This document shows, in pieces, positions 1-14,658 of a stretch of 64,000 nucleotides of DNA (position 1 is its first letter; every line of letters starts with the position of its first letter). Made by a program: the position numbers and the translations under genes. The notes under the pieces are model-generated. The model did not search any database and had not been told where the DNA came from. It worked only from the letters and a program-made list of their open reading frames with translations. This DNA comes from Lama guanicoe (taxonomy: Eukaryota): assembly GCA_013239625.1 (NCBI GenBank), contig MU053304.1, positions 248,001 through 312,000 on the forward strand, in the 5' to 3' direction.

Positions 1-850
1 GCAACAGGGCACTGTTGACTGCCTCCTCCTCATTCAAATGCTCCCTTATCTTGGTTCCCTGTCTAAGCCTCCTTCCTCCTTGGCCACAACTTCTCAGTCT
101 CCTGGACTAGATCCTCTTCCTCTGCATGCCCATTAAGTGCTGGTATTCCTGAGATGCCATCTTCAGTGGTCTCATCTCTCCATAAAATATCCCCAGGCAA
201 TTTATTCAAGTGCCACTGAGGTCACCCAAATCTCACCCTCTAGCCAAGATCTCACTCCTGAACTTCAAATCGTAATATCAAACTGCCTCCTGGCTCTATA
301 TACCTATGCATCTCCAGGCATCAAACTCAACATGTCCAAACAAATCTATCACCTGTCCCTGTTCCCCTTCCTATCTCAGCAAATGGTGCCATCACTCTCC
401 CAGTTACCTGAACCTGAAATGTAGGAGTCATCCTAGCTTATTCCTTCTCCCTTCACTGCCTCCTACATCCAATCACTATGTTCTATCTTACTAAACGGTC
501 TAAAATTCATCTCCTTACAATCCACACGACCACCATGACTTTTATCGCTGAGACTCTCTTAAATAACTTTCTTAAGAGTCTCTCACCAATTTTACCCCTT
601 TCCTTTAAATCCTCCACCCTACCAACAAAATAATATTCTAATATGCAAATATGAATACATTGCCCCCTCCTCAAAATTCTTCAATGGCTCCCCAGTACCT
701 ACAATGATAACAGCAGAACTGCTTTACACTGTATGAAGGCATTTCATTAATGACTCCCCTCACCTGTCATTTACCAGCCTGGCTTCATCTCCTACCAGTA
801 TCTCTATCTTCCATTTTATGTTCCAAAATACTAAAATATCTATAGTTTTC
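1..850 (+). mobile_element. Ancient L2 LINE fragment
   Basis: Typical L2 phrases: ctcctgaacttcaaatc...aactgcctcc, caggcatcaaactcaacatgtccaaa, tcaaaattcttcaatggctccc. Boundaries approximate. Confidence 0.75.
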
Positions 851-977
851 CAAATCTACCATGTTCCTCTTCCTAGTTGACTAAATTCATAAAACAGTTA
901 TGAATATGCCCTAAATCATAGTTTCTATAAAACAAAAGATGTATCTATTGAAAAATATTTAATAAAAAGTGAAAAAT

Positions 978-1165
978 TATAAGAGATACAAACTATTAGG
1001 TATAAAATAAGCTACAAGGATATGTTGTACAACACAGGGAATACGGCTAGTATTTTATAATAATTATAAATGGAGTATAATCTTTAAAAATTGTGAATGA
1101 CTATACTGTATACCTGTAATATATAACATTGTACAGCAACTACAATTTAAAAAAAAGAAAAAATT
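978..1165 (+). mobile_element. Short L1 3'-end insertion with A tail
   Basis: L1 3'UTR text (tataaaataagctacaaggatatgttgtacaacacaggg...gcaactaca) followed by poly(A). aaaaatta repeated on both sides as a probable TSD. Confidence 0.8.
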
Positions 1166-1584
1166 AAAGATTCAACAATAGCAATAGCAAGCAACAATAT
1201 CAAAATACTGCTATGAATGTTAAACTCTTTATGGTTTATAAATATTACCAAATAAATGCCAATACATTTCCTTAAAACATAATTTCCTTGCTTTTCACTT
1301 ACAAAAACTACTTAATTTGAAGATCACCAAATATATTTTGTATCACACATTGTACTTTAAAGCAAGAATTACATAACTAAGGACGATCTTAAATACCATC
1401 TAGATCATTTTCAGGTATTTCTGAATTCTTTTTTCACTAGTGGGGATGAATCTGTAGTAAGTAATGTAGAAACTTGCACAATCTCGCTAATGGCCAGTGG
1501 CATACACTTTTCAGATGGCTAGTCCGGAATGCCATGTAAAATGAATCTAATTAATCTAGTGTGACAGTCATTAGTGCAGTTCAC

Positions 1585-1900
1585 CAGCTGCTATCCTGCT
1601 ATCCCTACTTGCAGATACTTGGTAGAACTGCATTTCTTGGCCCTTTTGTGGTTGAATAAGACCAGCTGACTCATTCTGGCCAATGAGTAGTGAGCAGGAC
1701 TAATGGAGTCACTTCTGGACAAAGGGATTTTAAATGTGTCTCTACAGGGCTCTGTTTCCTTCTGCCACACACACAGAAAAGGGGACAAGTCCTGATGTCA
1801 GCTATTCCATTCAGCCTGGGCTCTGGAACATCACAAAGCCTTAGATAATCCTGATGGGCAAAGGATACAAGTAAGAAATAAACCATGTCATTCCACAGTA
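1585..1900. mobile_element. Old LTR fragment (MLT1/ERVL-MaLR-like)
   Basis: ttctggccaatgag...gagtcacttctggacaaag...agcctgggctctgga...gtaagaaataaacc resembles decayed MaLR LTR text. Subfamily not resolved. Confidence 0.5.
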
Positions 1901-2081
1901 TAACCCTGCCTACCATGCAACTATCCAGCAATTTAGACACCTCAAAGGAATGCATACCAAGACACGAGCAGTTTATGTCACTATTTCCTATCAACACTTC
2001 ATGTCTGCTATGAGTAAATGTTATCAGTAGTAAATTCAAGAGCCAGAAATAGCAAACTCAGGTCATTATACAATCTTGGCC

Positions 2082-2116
2082 ATCACTTTCCGGCCTTTTG
2101 GCTGAGATCAAGTGTA
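2082..2116 (+). pseudogene. 3'-truncated U2 snRNA retropseudogene (U2 nt 1-35) with target-site duplication
   Basis: atcactttccggccttttggctgagatcaagtgta matches the U2 5' end ATCGCTTCTCGGCCTTTTGGCTAAGATCAAGTGTA at 31/35. Flanked by the perfect direct repeat tacaatcttggcc (2069-2081 and 2115-2127). Confidence 0.93.
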
Positions 2117-5100
2117 CAATCTTGGCCAAACTATAACTCTCAGTCTTTATTTCAGAAAAGAGTAATAGTAATATCTGACATCTCTCGAGCACTTACAATG
2201 TGCCAGTATTGCTGTAAGTACTTTATCTACATTAACTCACTCCTCACAGTGAATGTGAATTTCATCTCCATGGAGTTAAGAAGGAATGAATTAGTTTTCT
2301 AGCAAATAATCCTGAAATATTAATTGGGAGTTCCCCAGCACAAATAAACTACTCTATCGTTAAATGATACACTCCTTATTTCAGACATTTCAATTTGAAT
2401 TACAGAGATCTAAAGGCAGGTTTAAAGCAGGCAAGAACCTGAACCATTTGATCCCAGAGCTGGCAATAATGAAGAAGAAAAGATGACTGTTAAAAATAGG
2501 TTTGTGTATATAACAATTTTGGGAAAATCTGATCATGGTAGCAGATATACCTTACCTACCATACTGCTATGGGTGGAGGCTCCAAAGAGCTTGCCTTCCA
2601 TCATTAAGTACCTTCCAAGTCTTTTTTGGGCCTGCCATGCAAGCCAAGAAACCAAACAGTTCTAAGAAATCCTAATTCCACTGGAATTGAGAACAATCCA
2701 AAATGATAGTGGTTATATAAGAGATTGGATTAAATATAATCCAATATGATGGGTGCATATTTAAAGAAGAACTTGGAAGACAAAACTTTAAAACAATCAC
2801 TTGAAGGAAAAGTTAGTTGTTGAAGGAAACAATTTACTGTACTAGACCAATTTCATGTGACCATAAGAAGGTTTGGAACAGCCACTGAAAATCAGGGATT
2901 AAATGCACTTCTGATTTTTTTTGTTGCTTATTTAATTTAGAACAAGAGTAGTTACTCCTATCAGCACTTCCTTTATTCTTTCAAACTCAAGTTATTTCTT
3001 TATTTCAGTGCCAATCTCTTCCAAAATACCCATCCATACTTGTATTATTCCCTTGCTGAAGTATCAGCATTCTGCATAAAAATAAGTTTCTTTAGTAAGT
3101 GTACAATAGACATGTTAGAAAACATAGAATAATTGTCTCTGCTCTTCCACCCTTCTTAATTCATATATAAACTTTGCTCTGTTATAAGTTAAGTAAAATA
3201 ATCCTGTCCCAAGAGAAATTTAGACTTATCTAACAAAGTGCTTGATCTATTCCCACTGTACCCTCTCAGTACAATGCAGGTGCTCAACAAATATCTGGGT
3301 GATAGATAAATAAATGGCAGTATAATTTTCTAGTAGGTACCAATATATCAAATCTATTTCAGTCGGTCTTAATCATATTTATAATATTCAGACAAAAGAA
3401 TAATAAAATTAAGTTCCAATGAGAAGAAATTTCACTTGAAATCCAACTCTGACTCTTTAGCGAGTCAGCTTCTGTTCATACTGTTTTACCTAATTAATTT
3501 CAACATGCTCTTATCAGCCTCCTTTAGTCTGATTTCATTCACTATGACTGCATCAACTAAGCTGCTCACCCTAGTTCCCAATCGAACAAAGAAGTTAATA
3601 TTTAAATAGCTTTGGCTCCTCCTATAGGAAGCCTTTGCTTTTAACCCACCTCCCAGATCCAAGATACCAGAGCTGAACTCTGGGTTCCTAAATCTCCTTT
3701 GGTACAGCCAAAAAAGGCCCAGAATTCTGGCTTTCAAGGTTGTTCTTCTGCTTTGGTTTTTGATTCCAGTACTGTTATAGCCAATCCTAGCTTAGGGATC
3801 AAATCCTATCCTTGACTCCCAGCCTAGTGGCTGCCTCTACCATAATAAGATAGTCACACATCTCTGGAATTAGAGATCCAAATCCTGTCCAAAGATCCAG
3901 AAGGACCCACCTCCTATATAACAACTGCCTACCTGCCTTCTGAATATCTGTATCATAAGCCCCATGAATTTGGGATCTGCTGCCAACAAGGCAGGATGGC
4001 AAATGGATCTATAACCTCTTTGATTTTGTGCCTTGTCCAGCAGGCTGTAGCTCTTGATTTGACTTGACAATTCGATTAGCTCTCTGTTTCTGATCCACAA
4101 TGCAGGACAGATGTCTGGTAGAACACTCCCAACACCTGCCTCCATAATGCCCTGAGTAGCTGTATTTCTCTAGTCTTAGGATACAACCATTCAGTTTGCT
4201 CAAATTCTAATTAATTGTTTCTAAATTGTTTATCTCCTAAGAATAATACTAGGCCTTTGGTCACTTCAATTGATACAGTCATCTTCTTTACCCACGATGG
4301 CAACTCAAGATATTGCCTAATGCTAAAGCATGTGTTAACTATTTTCTGGATTTATCTTGATTTTTATGATACCTTATAGTATCTTTCTACAGATCAAATA
4401 ATTCTCTCCTTTGTATCTCTGTAATAACAAATAGCAATGAGATCATGAAATGAGGAAATGTGAATCTGAATCTCAACTCTGTCACTTCCTAGTTATATGT
4501 TCCCTAAATAGATAAGATGTGTAAACTAAGCCTCCAGTTTCTCATTCACAAAATTAAGACAGGGATAACAACAGACTAAAGAATAGTGTGAGGCACTAAT
4601 GCAGTTCCCGGTACACAGGCAGCACTAAAAAGTTAGAAATCAGCAGCAGAATCCATAGAGTTTATATATGCTTATTTGTAATGTACTGTATTAAAGTATC
4701 AAGAGAAGTAAAATAATAGGATAAATTTATTATAGTTAACAAAAAAGATGAAGATGAACTTAATTGGAGAAAGGAAAGAAAATTGAAGCAGCAGGGCTAA
4801 GAACAAATAAATAGCAATCAGAAGAGTTTACAAAGCAAAGAGCAGTATTCTGTGAACTTCAGTAAAAGGGGGTCAAGGATGTTAGTCTTCCCTGGAGTGG
4901 GGGCTTCTGATAACAATGAGGAATTCCTTGCTTTTGCCAGGGTCTAAGAGAGCTGGCTGAGGGGCTGCCACACTTAGCCAATGACATGGCAGGAAGAGAG
5001 AGCCTTGCTTCATATGCTGCTCCTTGAAAGTGCACATTTTCATAATCTTCTCCTGCCAAGGAATTCTCAGCCCAAATCATTCTCATCCTAAAATAAAACC

Positions 5101-5184
5101 AAACCTCTCTTCCTTCTCCATTCCCATCCTTCAAACCATAGTTTATGGTAACCTCTTCTATGAAACCTTCCCCAATTCTCTCAG

Positions 5185-5275
5185 GTTTTTTTTAACTCTT
5201 TTTATTGAGTTATAGTAATTTTACAATGTTGTGTCAAATTCCAGTGTAGAGCACAATTTTTCAGTTATACATGAG
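5185..5275 (-). mobile_element. Young lineage-specific L1 extreme 3' end (~90 bp)
   Basis: Reverse complement of the actggaatttgacacaacattgtaaa 3' end seen at 40690, 53570 and 55835. Perfect 13-bp TSD ccaattctctcag (5172-5184, 5276-5288). Confidence 0.9.
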
Positions 5276-6824
5276 CCAATTCTCTCAGTTTAATGTTCCA
5301 TTAACAACATGTATTTCTCTTTCTATCATGGAAGCCATACTACAATTGTTCTCAACCCTTTCCCAACCAGCCTACCAGAAAGAGCAAAGTATGTGTCCTA
5401 TTTGAATTTGTACCTCTAGCATTGAGCACAGGGTAATATGAGTAGAGGATGAGAAGCCACCAGGTACCCTGCACTGTTCCAGGCAGAATCATTAAGACCA
5501 ATGGCTTCTAACCATCTGGGGGACATGTCCCTCCACTTTGAAAACCCGAGGAAAGCCAAAGACCCTTAGCCTAGAAAAATACATATATACACTCTCACTC
5601 AAAAAATAATAATAATAATAAAATTAAAAAAGAAAGAAAACCATAAGGAAAGAACATTAAGCCAAGTCAAAAGATACAGATTCTACTCCTTGGCTCTGGC
5701 AAAAACTCCCAAGTTCTCAAACCAATCACTTAATTCCTCAATTGACAAAGTGAAGCAACTCTCATTTGCCTCAACTATCCTTCATTAGATGTCATTAGAT
5801 GTCTGTAATAAAAAAATACATATACATACATATATATATATACATACACGTACACTAAAAGCATGGAAGAATTCTGCAATTAAAATTGTAATATAAGAGC
5901 AAATTATTTTTTATTGTTGTTTCACAGCTTGATACTTTCACAGCTATTTCGTAAAAAAAAAAGAAAATGCTGTGAAATAAACTGACTGTTTACTATTACA
6001 GCTAAAAGAACTGTTGTTCTTCTAAACTCCAAAGGCCCTGTAGTTTACATACCCAAGAGGCGTAAGCACAACAAGTATAAAGAAGCAAAGATGAATAATC
6101 TAATTAATTCACATTTGCTCACACCACTGACTACAGATTCCTTTGATAACAATATGCTTTTGTACTAACAAACCTGTAATACAATTGGCCAGTATGCTTT
6201 GAGATGTTTATATTCCACATGTCAGGGGTTCTTGATGACAGTCTGAATATTCTCTTCTCTCTAGTTTGACCCTGTCACCAACAACTGTCACAGGTGGGCT
6301 ACAGCCAACAGAGATCCTCTCTTCCGAATGAGAAGCTGTGAAATACTTACTCCAATGAGGTCTAAGGGACATACCTAATGGGGCTAACTTTAATGTAAAA
6401 AGCAACTGTCAGGCAGCCACTGTGAAAACCCTGAGGAGCTCCATGGAAACGGAACAAGTAAGGAACCTGAGCCACCCTCTGTATTTCAAACCTGAAAGCT
6501 GAAGAGGGCCTATGCATATACCACAGCAGCCCCTGTCGTCTCCCCTCCTCTGCTCCTACCAGCAACTCAAAGGGTACGGTCCTCCTTGCTAGTCTAGGCC
6601 TTTTTATCTGCATCCATGCCAATCCCTGCTCAAGAGGATGTCATTCATAAAGAGAGGGTTCAGAATCTAGTCTCGACTTCATGGCCCAGCCACAACTGTT
6701 AAGGCTCACTTTTCTTGCTCAACTATCTTCCTGACAATCAAGTCTCAGATTCAGGGTCCAGAGAGCTTAGCCCTAGGCTCCTTAGCTGCTTCTTTCTTTT
6801 TCCTTCCTGACTCACACATTATAG

Positions 6825-6990
6825 CCCTATTACTCAAAGTATGGTTCCAGAACCAGTAGCACCAATGTTGACTGGGAACTTGTTAGAAATGCATAATTTT
6901 GGACACCACCTCAGATCTACTGAATTTTAATATGCATTTTTTAAATACCCAGGTGGTGAATCATTTGCATGGTGGAGACAAACACTGGTT
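6825..6990. mobile_element. MER5A-like hAT DNA transposon remnant
   Basis: tactcaaagtatggttcc...ctgggaacttgttagaaatgcataattttgga...cctcagatctactgaat is characteristic MER5A text. Confidence 0.75.
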
Positions 6991-8224
6991 TATAGGATTG
7001 GCCTCAGTTCTAATGAGGGATCCTCACATCCATTTTCTCAGACAAAACACAGCTCTCAGCTTTGCTCTGCAGATCTCCCTCATGAGTATCATCTCCTCTC
7101 CAGACTCCTGAACACTGACTGGCCTTCTGAGTCCCTCTATTTCCCTCTACCCATCTACCTAGAAACCCCAGGGCTGCCCATTCCCACACAGAACAGTGAC
7201 AGCTATGATTTTTGATGAGGTACCTGGCCCACCTGCCTATACCTCTGAACGCAGCCTACAAAGGCAAGCGGGGCTCCAGAGCTCCTCTTTCCATGCTGAT
7301 TGACAAGTCTTAAGTACTGGCAAGAAAACCATTAAATAAGCTCTAGCACCATTTCTGAGGTACCAGCCAGCAGCCAACACCCAGCACCCGGCACCCAAGA
7401 TTTAAGCACTCAGCCCATTTTTCTTTTGACTTGAAAGATGCCACAGTCCACTCTAGCCCCTTCAATATTTCTCTCCATAAGACTGGCTACTAAAGAGGTT
7501 CAGACTAGACAACACAGAGGATAAAGAGAGGCCTTTTGCATTCTAAGAAGTTTATTGCTAACTGGGAAGTCGTTTTTACACTGTGGGAAAATGCAGAAAT
7601 AATATATCAGGATCATTACTAATCACAGGCAAAACGTTTTCATCAAAAGTTCCTGACTCTGCCCTCTTTGGACTTGGATTCCTATGCTTAATCCTGAGAA
7701 CAGATTTCACTAAACATCTTCCTCCTTACTTAGGGTTAAAGGTATACTGTTCTTTCCATGAAGCTTCCTTTTACCAAAAGGTTTGAAAAAGTCAACAAGC
7801 TAGATCAAAAAATGCCTTCCTAGATTCAAGCAGGTTATACGGGCTATGAGAGCCTGAGTTTGTGGATACCCATTTCCTTGGACTTTTGCCCCCTACACCC
7901 TCAGGATGCATCAGCCTTTTCTCTCAATCATGCACTGCTGAAATTTAACAATCATGGTTCATGCCCCCAATATATCAGGGGCACAGGCCTCTCTGCAGTC
8001 CCCTTTGCTGAGCTCTAAAGAGATCCTCTTGTTGACCTTTACATGTTGGCTTCCCTTAGGAACTCAGTATTCAGCTGCCTTTCTCTAGCTACACTCTCTA
8101 GGTAATCCCATCCACTACGTGGTCTCAACACCTCACATATGTTGATGGCTCCCAAATTTACATCTTTAGGTTCAATTTCTTCTTGGAGCTCCAGACTCAT
8201 CTGTCCAAATACCTTCTTTTGCTA

Positions 8225-10815
8225 GTTTCATTTTCAGTATTTTGTTTGGTTTTATTGAGGTATAACTGACATACAATGAACTACATACATTTAAAATGCA
8301 CAAATTGATTGGTCTTGACAAATACAATTATGAAATTATCCTACCAAGATAATGAACAAGTCTATCACCCCCTGAAGTTTCCTTGGGGTCCCTTTGTAAT
8401 CCATCTCTCCTATTACCACACCAGGCAGCCAATGACCTGTTTGCCTTTTCTAGAGTTTTACATAATGAAATCATACACAGCATATTCTTTTGTCTAGCTT
8501 CTCTCATTCATCATAATTATTTTGAGATCCACCCATGTTGTTGCATGTGTTAAGAGTTTATTGCTTTTTCTTAAATGGCTGAGTTGTATTCCACTGAATA
8601 GACATACCAAAATTAGTTTACATGCTGATGGACATTTGGGTTGCTTTCAGTTTAGGGCTATTACCAAAAAAAATGCTATGAACTTTCATATATAAAGTAT
8701 TCATGGGAACAAATGCTTTATTTTCTCTAAGGTAAATACCTAGCAATGGAATGGCTGGGTCATATGATAGGGATATGCTTAACTTTTTAAGAAACTGCCA
8801 AACTGTTTTCTAAAGTGGCTGTACTGTTTTATATTCCCATCAGCAGCGTATGAGAGTTCCAGTTGCTCAATATCCTTGTCAACACTGTTTATGGTCAGTC
8901 TTTTCAACTTTAGCTATTCTAGTCATTCCTGTATTCATATTTTGTGCTATTAACTCGTATTCCATAATGACTAATTATGCTGAGCATATTTTCATATGCT
9001 TATTTACCATCCATACATCTTATTTAGTAAAGTATCTATTCAAATCTTTAATATAGTTTTTAACTGGGTTGTTTGTTTATTATTGACTTGTTCTTTACAT
9101 TCTAGATTACAGTTTTTGGTGAGGTAAATGTTTTGCAAATATTTTCTCCTAGTCTGTGGCTTGTGAGTGCATTTTTGTAACTGTCTACTGAAAAGCAAAA
9201 GTTATTACAATTTTGATTTTAAAATTTATTTTTTTCTTTTATGTTTCATATTTTTAATATTATACTTAAGAAATATTTGCCAAATCTAAGGTCATTAAAG
9301 TTTTCTCTTCTCTTTTCTTCTAGAAAAATTACACTTTTTACACAAACATTTAGATGTATGATTCACTTCTAGTTAGTTCCTTATTGGTACAAGGTAAGGG
9401 TTGAAGTTCCTTATTTTCCAAATGGTTACACGATTGTAATAGCAAATTTGTTGAAAAGATATTCTTTCCTCACTGAATTACCTTGGCACCTTTGTAGAAA
9501 ATTAATCAATCATATATGTATGGGTCTATTTCTGGAATCTCTATTACATACCATTGATCTTCAAATGATCTATATGTCCACCTTGGTAACACCAAACTGT
9601 CTTGATTACCAGAGCTTTGTAAGTCTTGAAATTAAGTATTATATGTCCTCCAACTTTGTTGTACTTTGTTTTGGCTCTTCTAAGTCCTTTGCCCTTTCCT
9701 ATAAATCTTAAAGTCAGTTTGTTAATTTCTACAAAATGCCTCCTAGGATTTTGTCTGGGATTGTGCTTCATCTATAGATCACTTTGAATACAGCTGGCAA
9801 CTTAACAATATTGAGTTTTTTAATTCATAAACACAGTATTTCTTACCATTTATTGACACCTTATTTAATTTCTCCCAGTAATGTTTTATAGCCTTACACA
9901 TCTTCGGTCACATTTAACCCTAAGTATCTCATATTTTTGATCCTATTAAAAATGGTACTTTAAGAAATTTTTCAGTTTCTACTTTTTCATTGCTAGTTTA
10001 CAGAAGTACAATGGATTTTTGTATTTTGGCCTTCTGTCCTTCAGCCTTGCTAAACTCACTTATTTTATTAGTTCTAATAACTTTTCTTGTAAATTCCTTA
10101 GGATTTTATACAGAGAAGATCACACAGTCTAAGAGTAAAGAGTTTTATTTCTTCCTTTCCAATCTAAATGCTTCTTTACTATTGCTTCATCATACTAACT
10201 AGAATCTCCAGTATAACACTGAATAAAAGGAATGAGAAGGGACATTCTTACTTCATTCCCAATACCGGAGGAAAAGCATTCAGTCTTTTACCATTCTGCA
10301 TTTGTTAGTTATAACATCATACCCAGTGGTGATACATTCTTCACCAGACTGAAGAAGTCCTCTTTTATTCCTAGTTTGCTGTGAGTTATCATAAATGGTT
10401 GTGGACTTTTGTCAAATGGATTTTTGTATCAAAATGATGCCATTTGATTGAAATATGGAGTTAAATTTAGCCTGTTAATATGGTGAATTATATAGAATTA
10501 CTTTTCTAATATTAAACCAATCTTGCATTCCTGGGATAAACCCCACTTGCTCATGTTGTATTATCCTTTTACTACATTGCTGAATTCTAGTTGCTAATAT
10601 TTTGTTGAGGACTTTTTTCAGCTATGTTTGTGAGGAGTACTGGTCTGTAGCTTTCTTTCCTTATAATGTCTTTTCCTGGTTTTGGTATTAGGGTAATGCT
10701 GACTTCACAGAATGAGCTGGAAAAGGTATCCTCCTCTTGCATTTTCTGTGCTTTTACAGACTCAGGATTATTTCTTCCTTAAATATTTAGTAAAATTCAT
10801 CAGTAAGTGAAACTA
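8225..10815 (-). mobile_element. Old L1 (L1M-type) 3'UTR plus ORF2 3' half, inserted into an L2
   Basis: T-rich tail, then tttattgaggtataactgacatacaat, then decayed ORF2 (ORF 9544..9771 carries YKALVIKTVW). L2 text stops at ~8213 and resumes at ~10830. Confidence 0.88.
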
Positions 10816-11953
10816 TCTAGACCTCCGTATGTTCTCAACATCTCCATTAAAATGTCTAAGAAGAAATTAAAACTGAACACAGCCATTCCTACTCTTTGAC
10901 AAGTCAATACCCCATACCTGCTCTGGTCAGCTTTAGATATCCGTCTTGCTAACCAATCTTCTATTTCTTTCTAGTCTATCCATTCTCACTCCTTAAATCA
11001 AAAGAAGACATCATCTTTCTTATTCCCTCTTTGGCTTATCTTTACTATAATGCTGCCTATTAACTCTCTCGAATGACCTCTAGGAATACTTCCTTTGGTT
11101 TGACCAGAACTTAATGCACTCTTCTTGTCTTTTTAAACCTGGTCAACACTGTGCTAGATGATGCTTTCAAGAAAAGAGGAAGTGACCTAAATAAGTCTAT
11201 GTTGCTAGGATCTGGAGTCAACCCTTAGCTGTGGTTTCAAGGAATCAAGGAAGGAGACTATCCACAATTGGCAGCAACTAGAGGTGGGGGCTGGGGAGAT
11301 GGAGGAGAAGTGGATCTGGAGTAGGATAATTCACTCTCATAAAACATTCTACACATAACTTCACAGCTTAATCAAAATTATTCTTACTTTTGTATAAGTA
11401 TGAGTAGTATCTGTCTCTTCCTACCTGTACTCCCCACCAGACTAAGAGCTCCATGAGGACAAGAACTATGTCCATCTTGATCATTACTAATTTCCTTACA
11501 CTCTACAAATTCCTGACACATAGTTCAAACTCAATTACTATTACCCTGTCAGATAAAAAATTTAATTTATACCTCAATAAAGCTATGAGATAAGGTAGAA
11601 CTCCCCATGTTAGTGGGGAAAATAAATAATAAAAACTTAAGCTGCTACCATTGTCAGGAACTATTTTTAGATTTTTAAATGTATTCTCATTTAATACTAT
11701 CACAAACCTAGGAAGTAGGTACTGTGATTATTCCTATCCTATGGATGAGGCAGGGGAGCAGCAAGGACAACCCAAATCATTAGATGTCTGCCCACCAGAT
11801 GCTTCTACATCCAAGCATTCTGAGGCCTGCTTCTGGGGCAACCAAGGGTCTTAGGGGTCTGTCACCACTTTAGTTTATGATGTCTCACTGATGCACTATG
11901 GAGTGCAAAAGGCCCTAAGAAGTCTATAATTAGAAAATGAAAATTTAACTCAC

Positions 11954-12055
11954 CTTCCACTGCTCCTCTGGAAGCAGCTTCACAACCACCAGATCCCCAT
12001 TCAAGGCTCTATTACGAGCAACGACTCCATCAATAAAAATGTCTCGATCACCATC
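11954..12055 (-). CDS. DIS3L2: DIS3L2 fourth coding exon (102 nt; [34 protein letters not shown])
   Basis: Acceptor ctctctccaatctag|GATGGT, donor AAG|gtgagt, phase 0-0. Contains the [10 protein letters not shown] motif typical of the Dis3/RNase II cold-shock domain. Confidence 0.97.
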
Positions 12056-12652
12056 CTAGATTGGAGAGAGAAATAAAAGAGCTCAGCTCTACCAAGGATT
12101 AGAACCAAAAATTACTTCCTTGGTTTAAAAATTGTAAACTCTACAGTCTGTGCATTGATTTGACAGGAACACTAGTATATGGCCACAAATAGACCTAGAA
12201 GAAGCTCAGTCTCTTTGGAACTAACAGAAATTGTGATGGACACATAAAAGCAAGTTAACATAATGCTAAAAACATCACCAAATAAGAAAAGATCTATTAT
12301 ATGCAGGCCAAAAACAAACAAACAAAAACACATAATGCAAAAAAACTGGGATTGCATGCTTTCACAACTGAAATGAGAAAGGAATAAGTAATCCTTAAGT
12401 AATTCTTTTTTGTTTTAAATAAAATAAAGCATGATGATACCTTTTCTACACTAACTAAAATTTTTTAAGTAAGAGAAAAGGTAAAAACAGGCACTTTGCA
12501 AGAAAACAGAATAAAAACAACATAGAACCCCCTAAGAAAACCAATCAAGGGCAGGAGCAACAACCAGCCCCAGGATTTAGGTTCTCCAGGAAGAAACCAT
12601 CAAAGTCACGCTCCTCTCAGGGAAGTGGCAAAAAGAGCAAATTATTGGTTCA

Positions 12653-14658
<2,006 letters not shown>

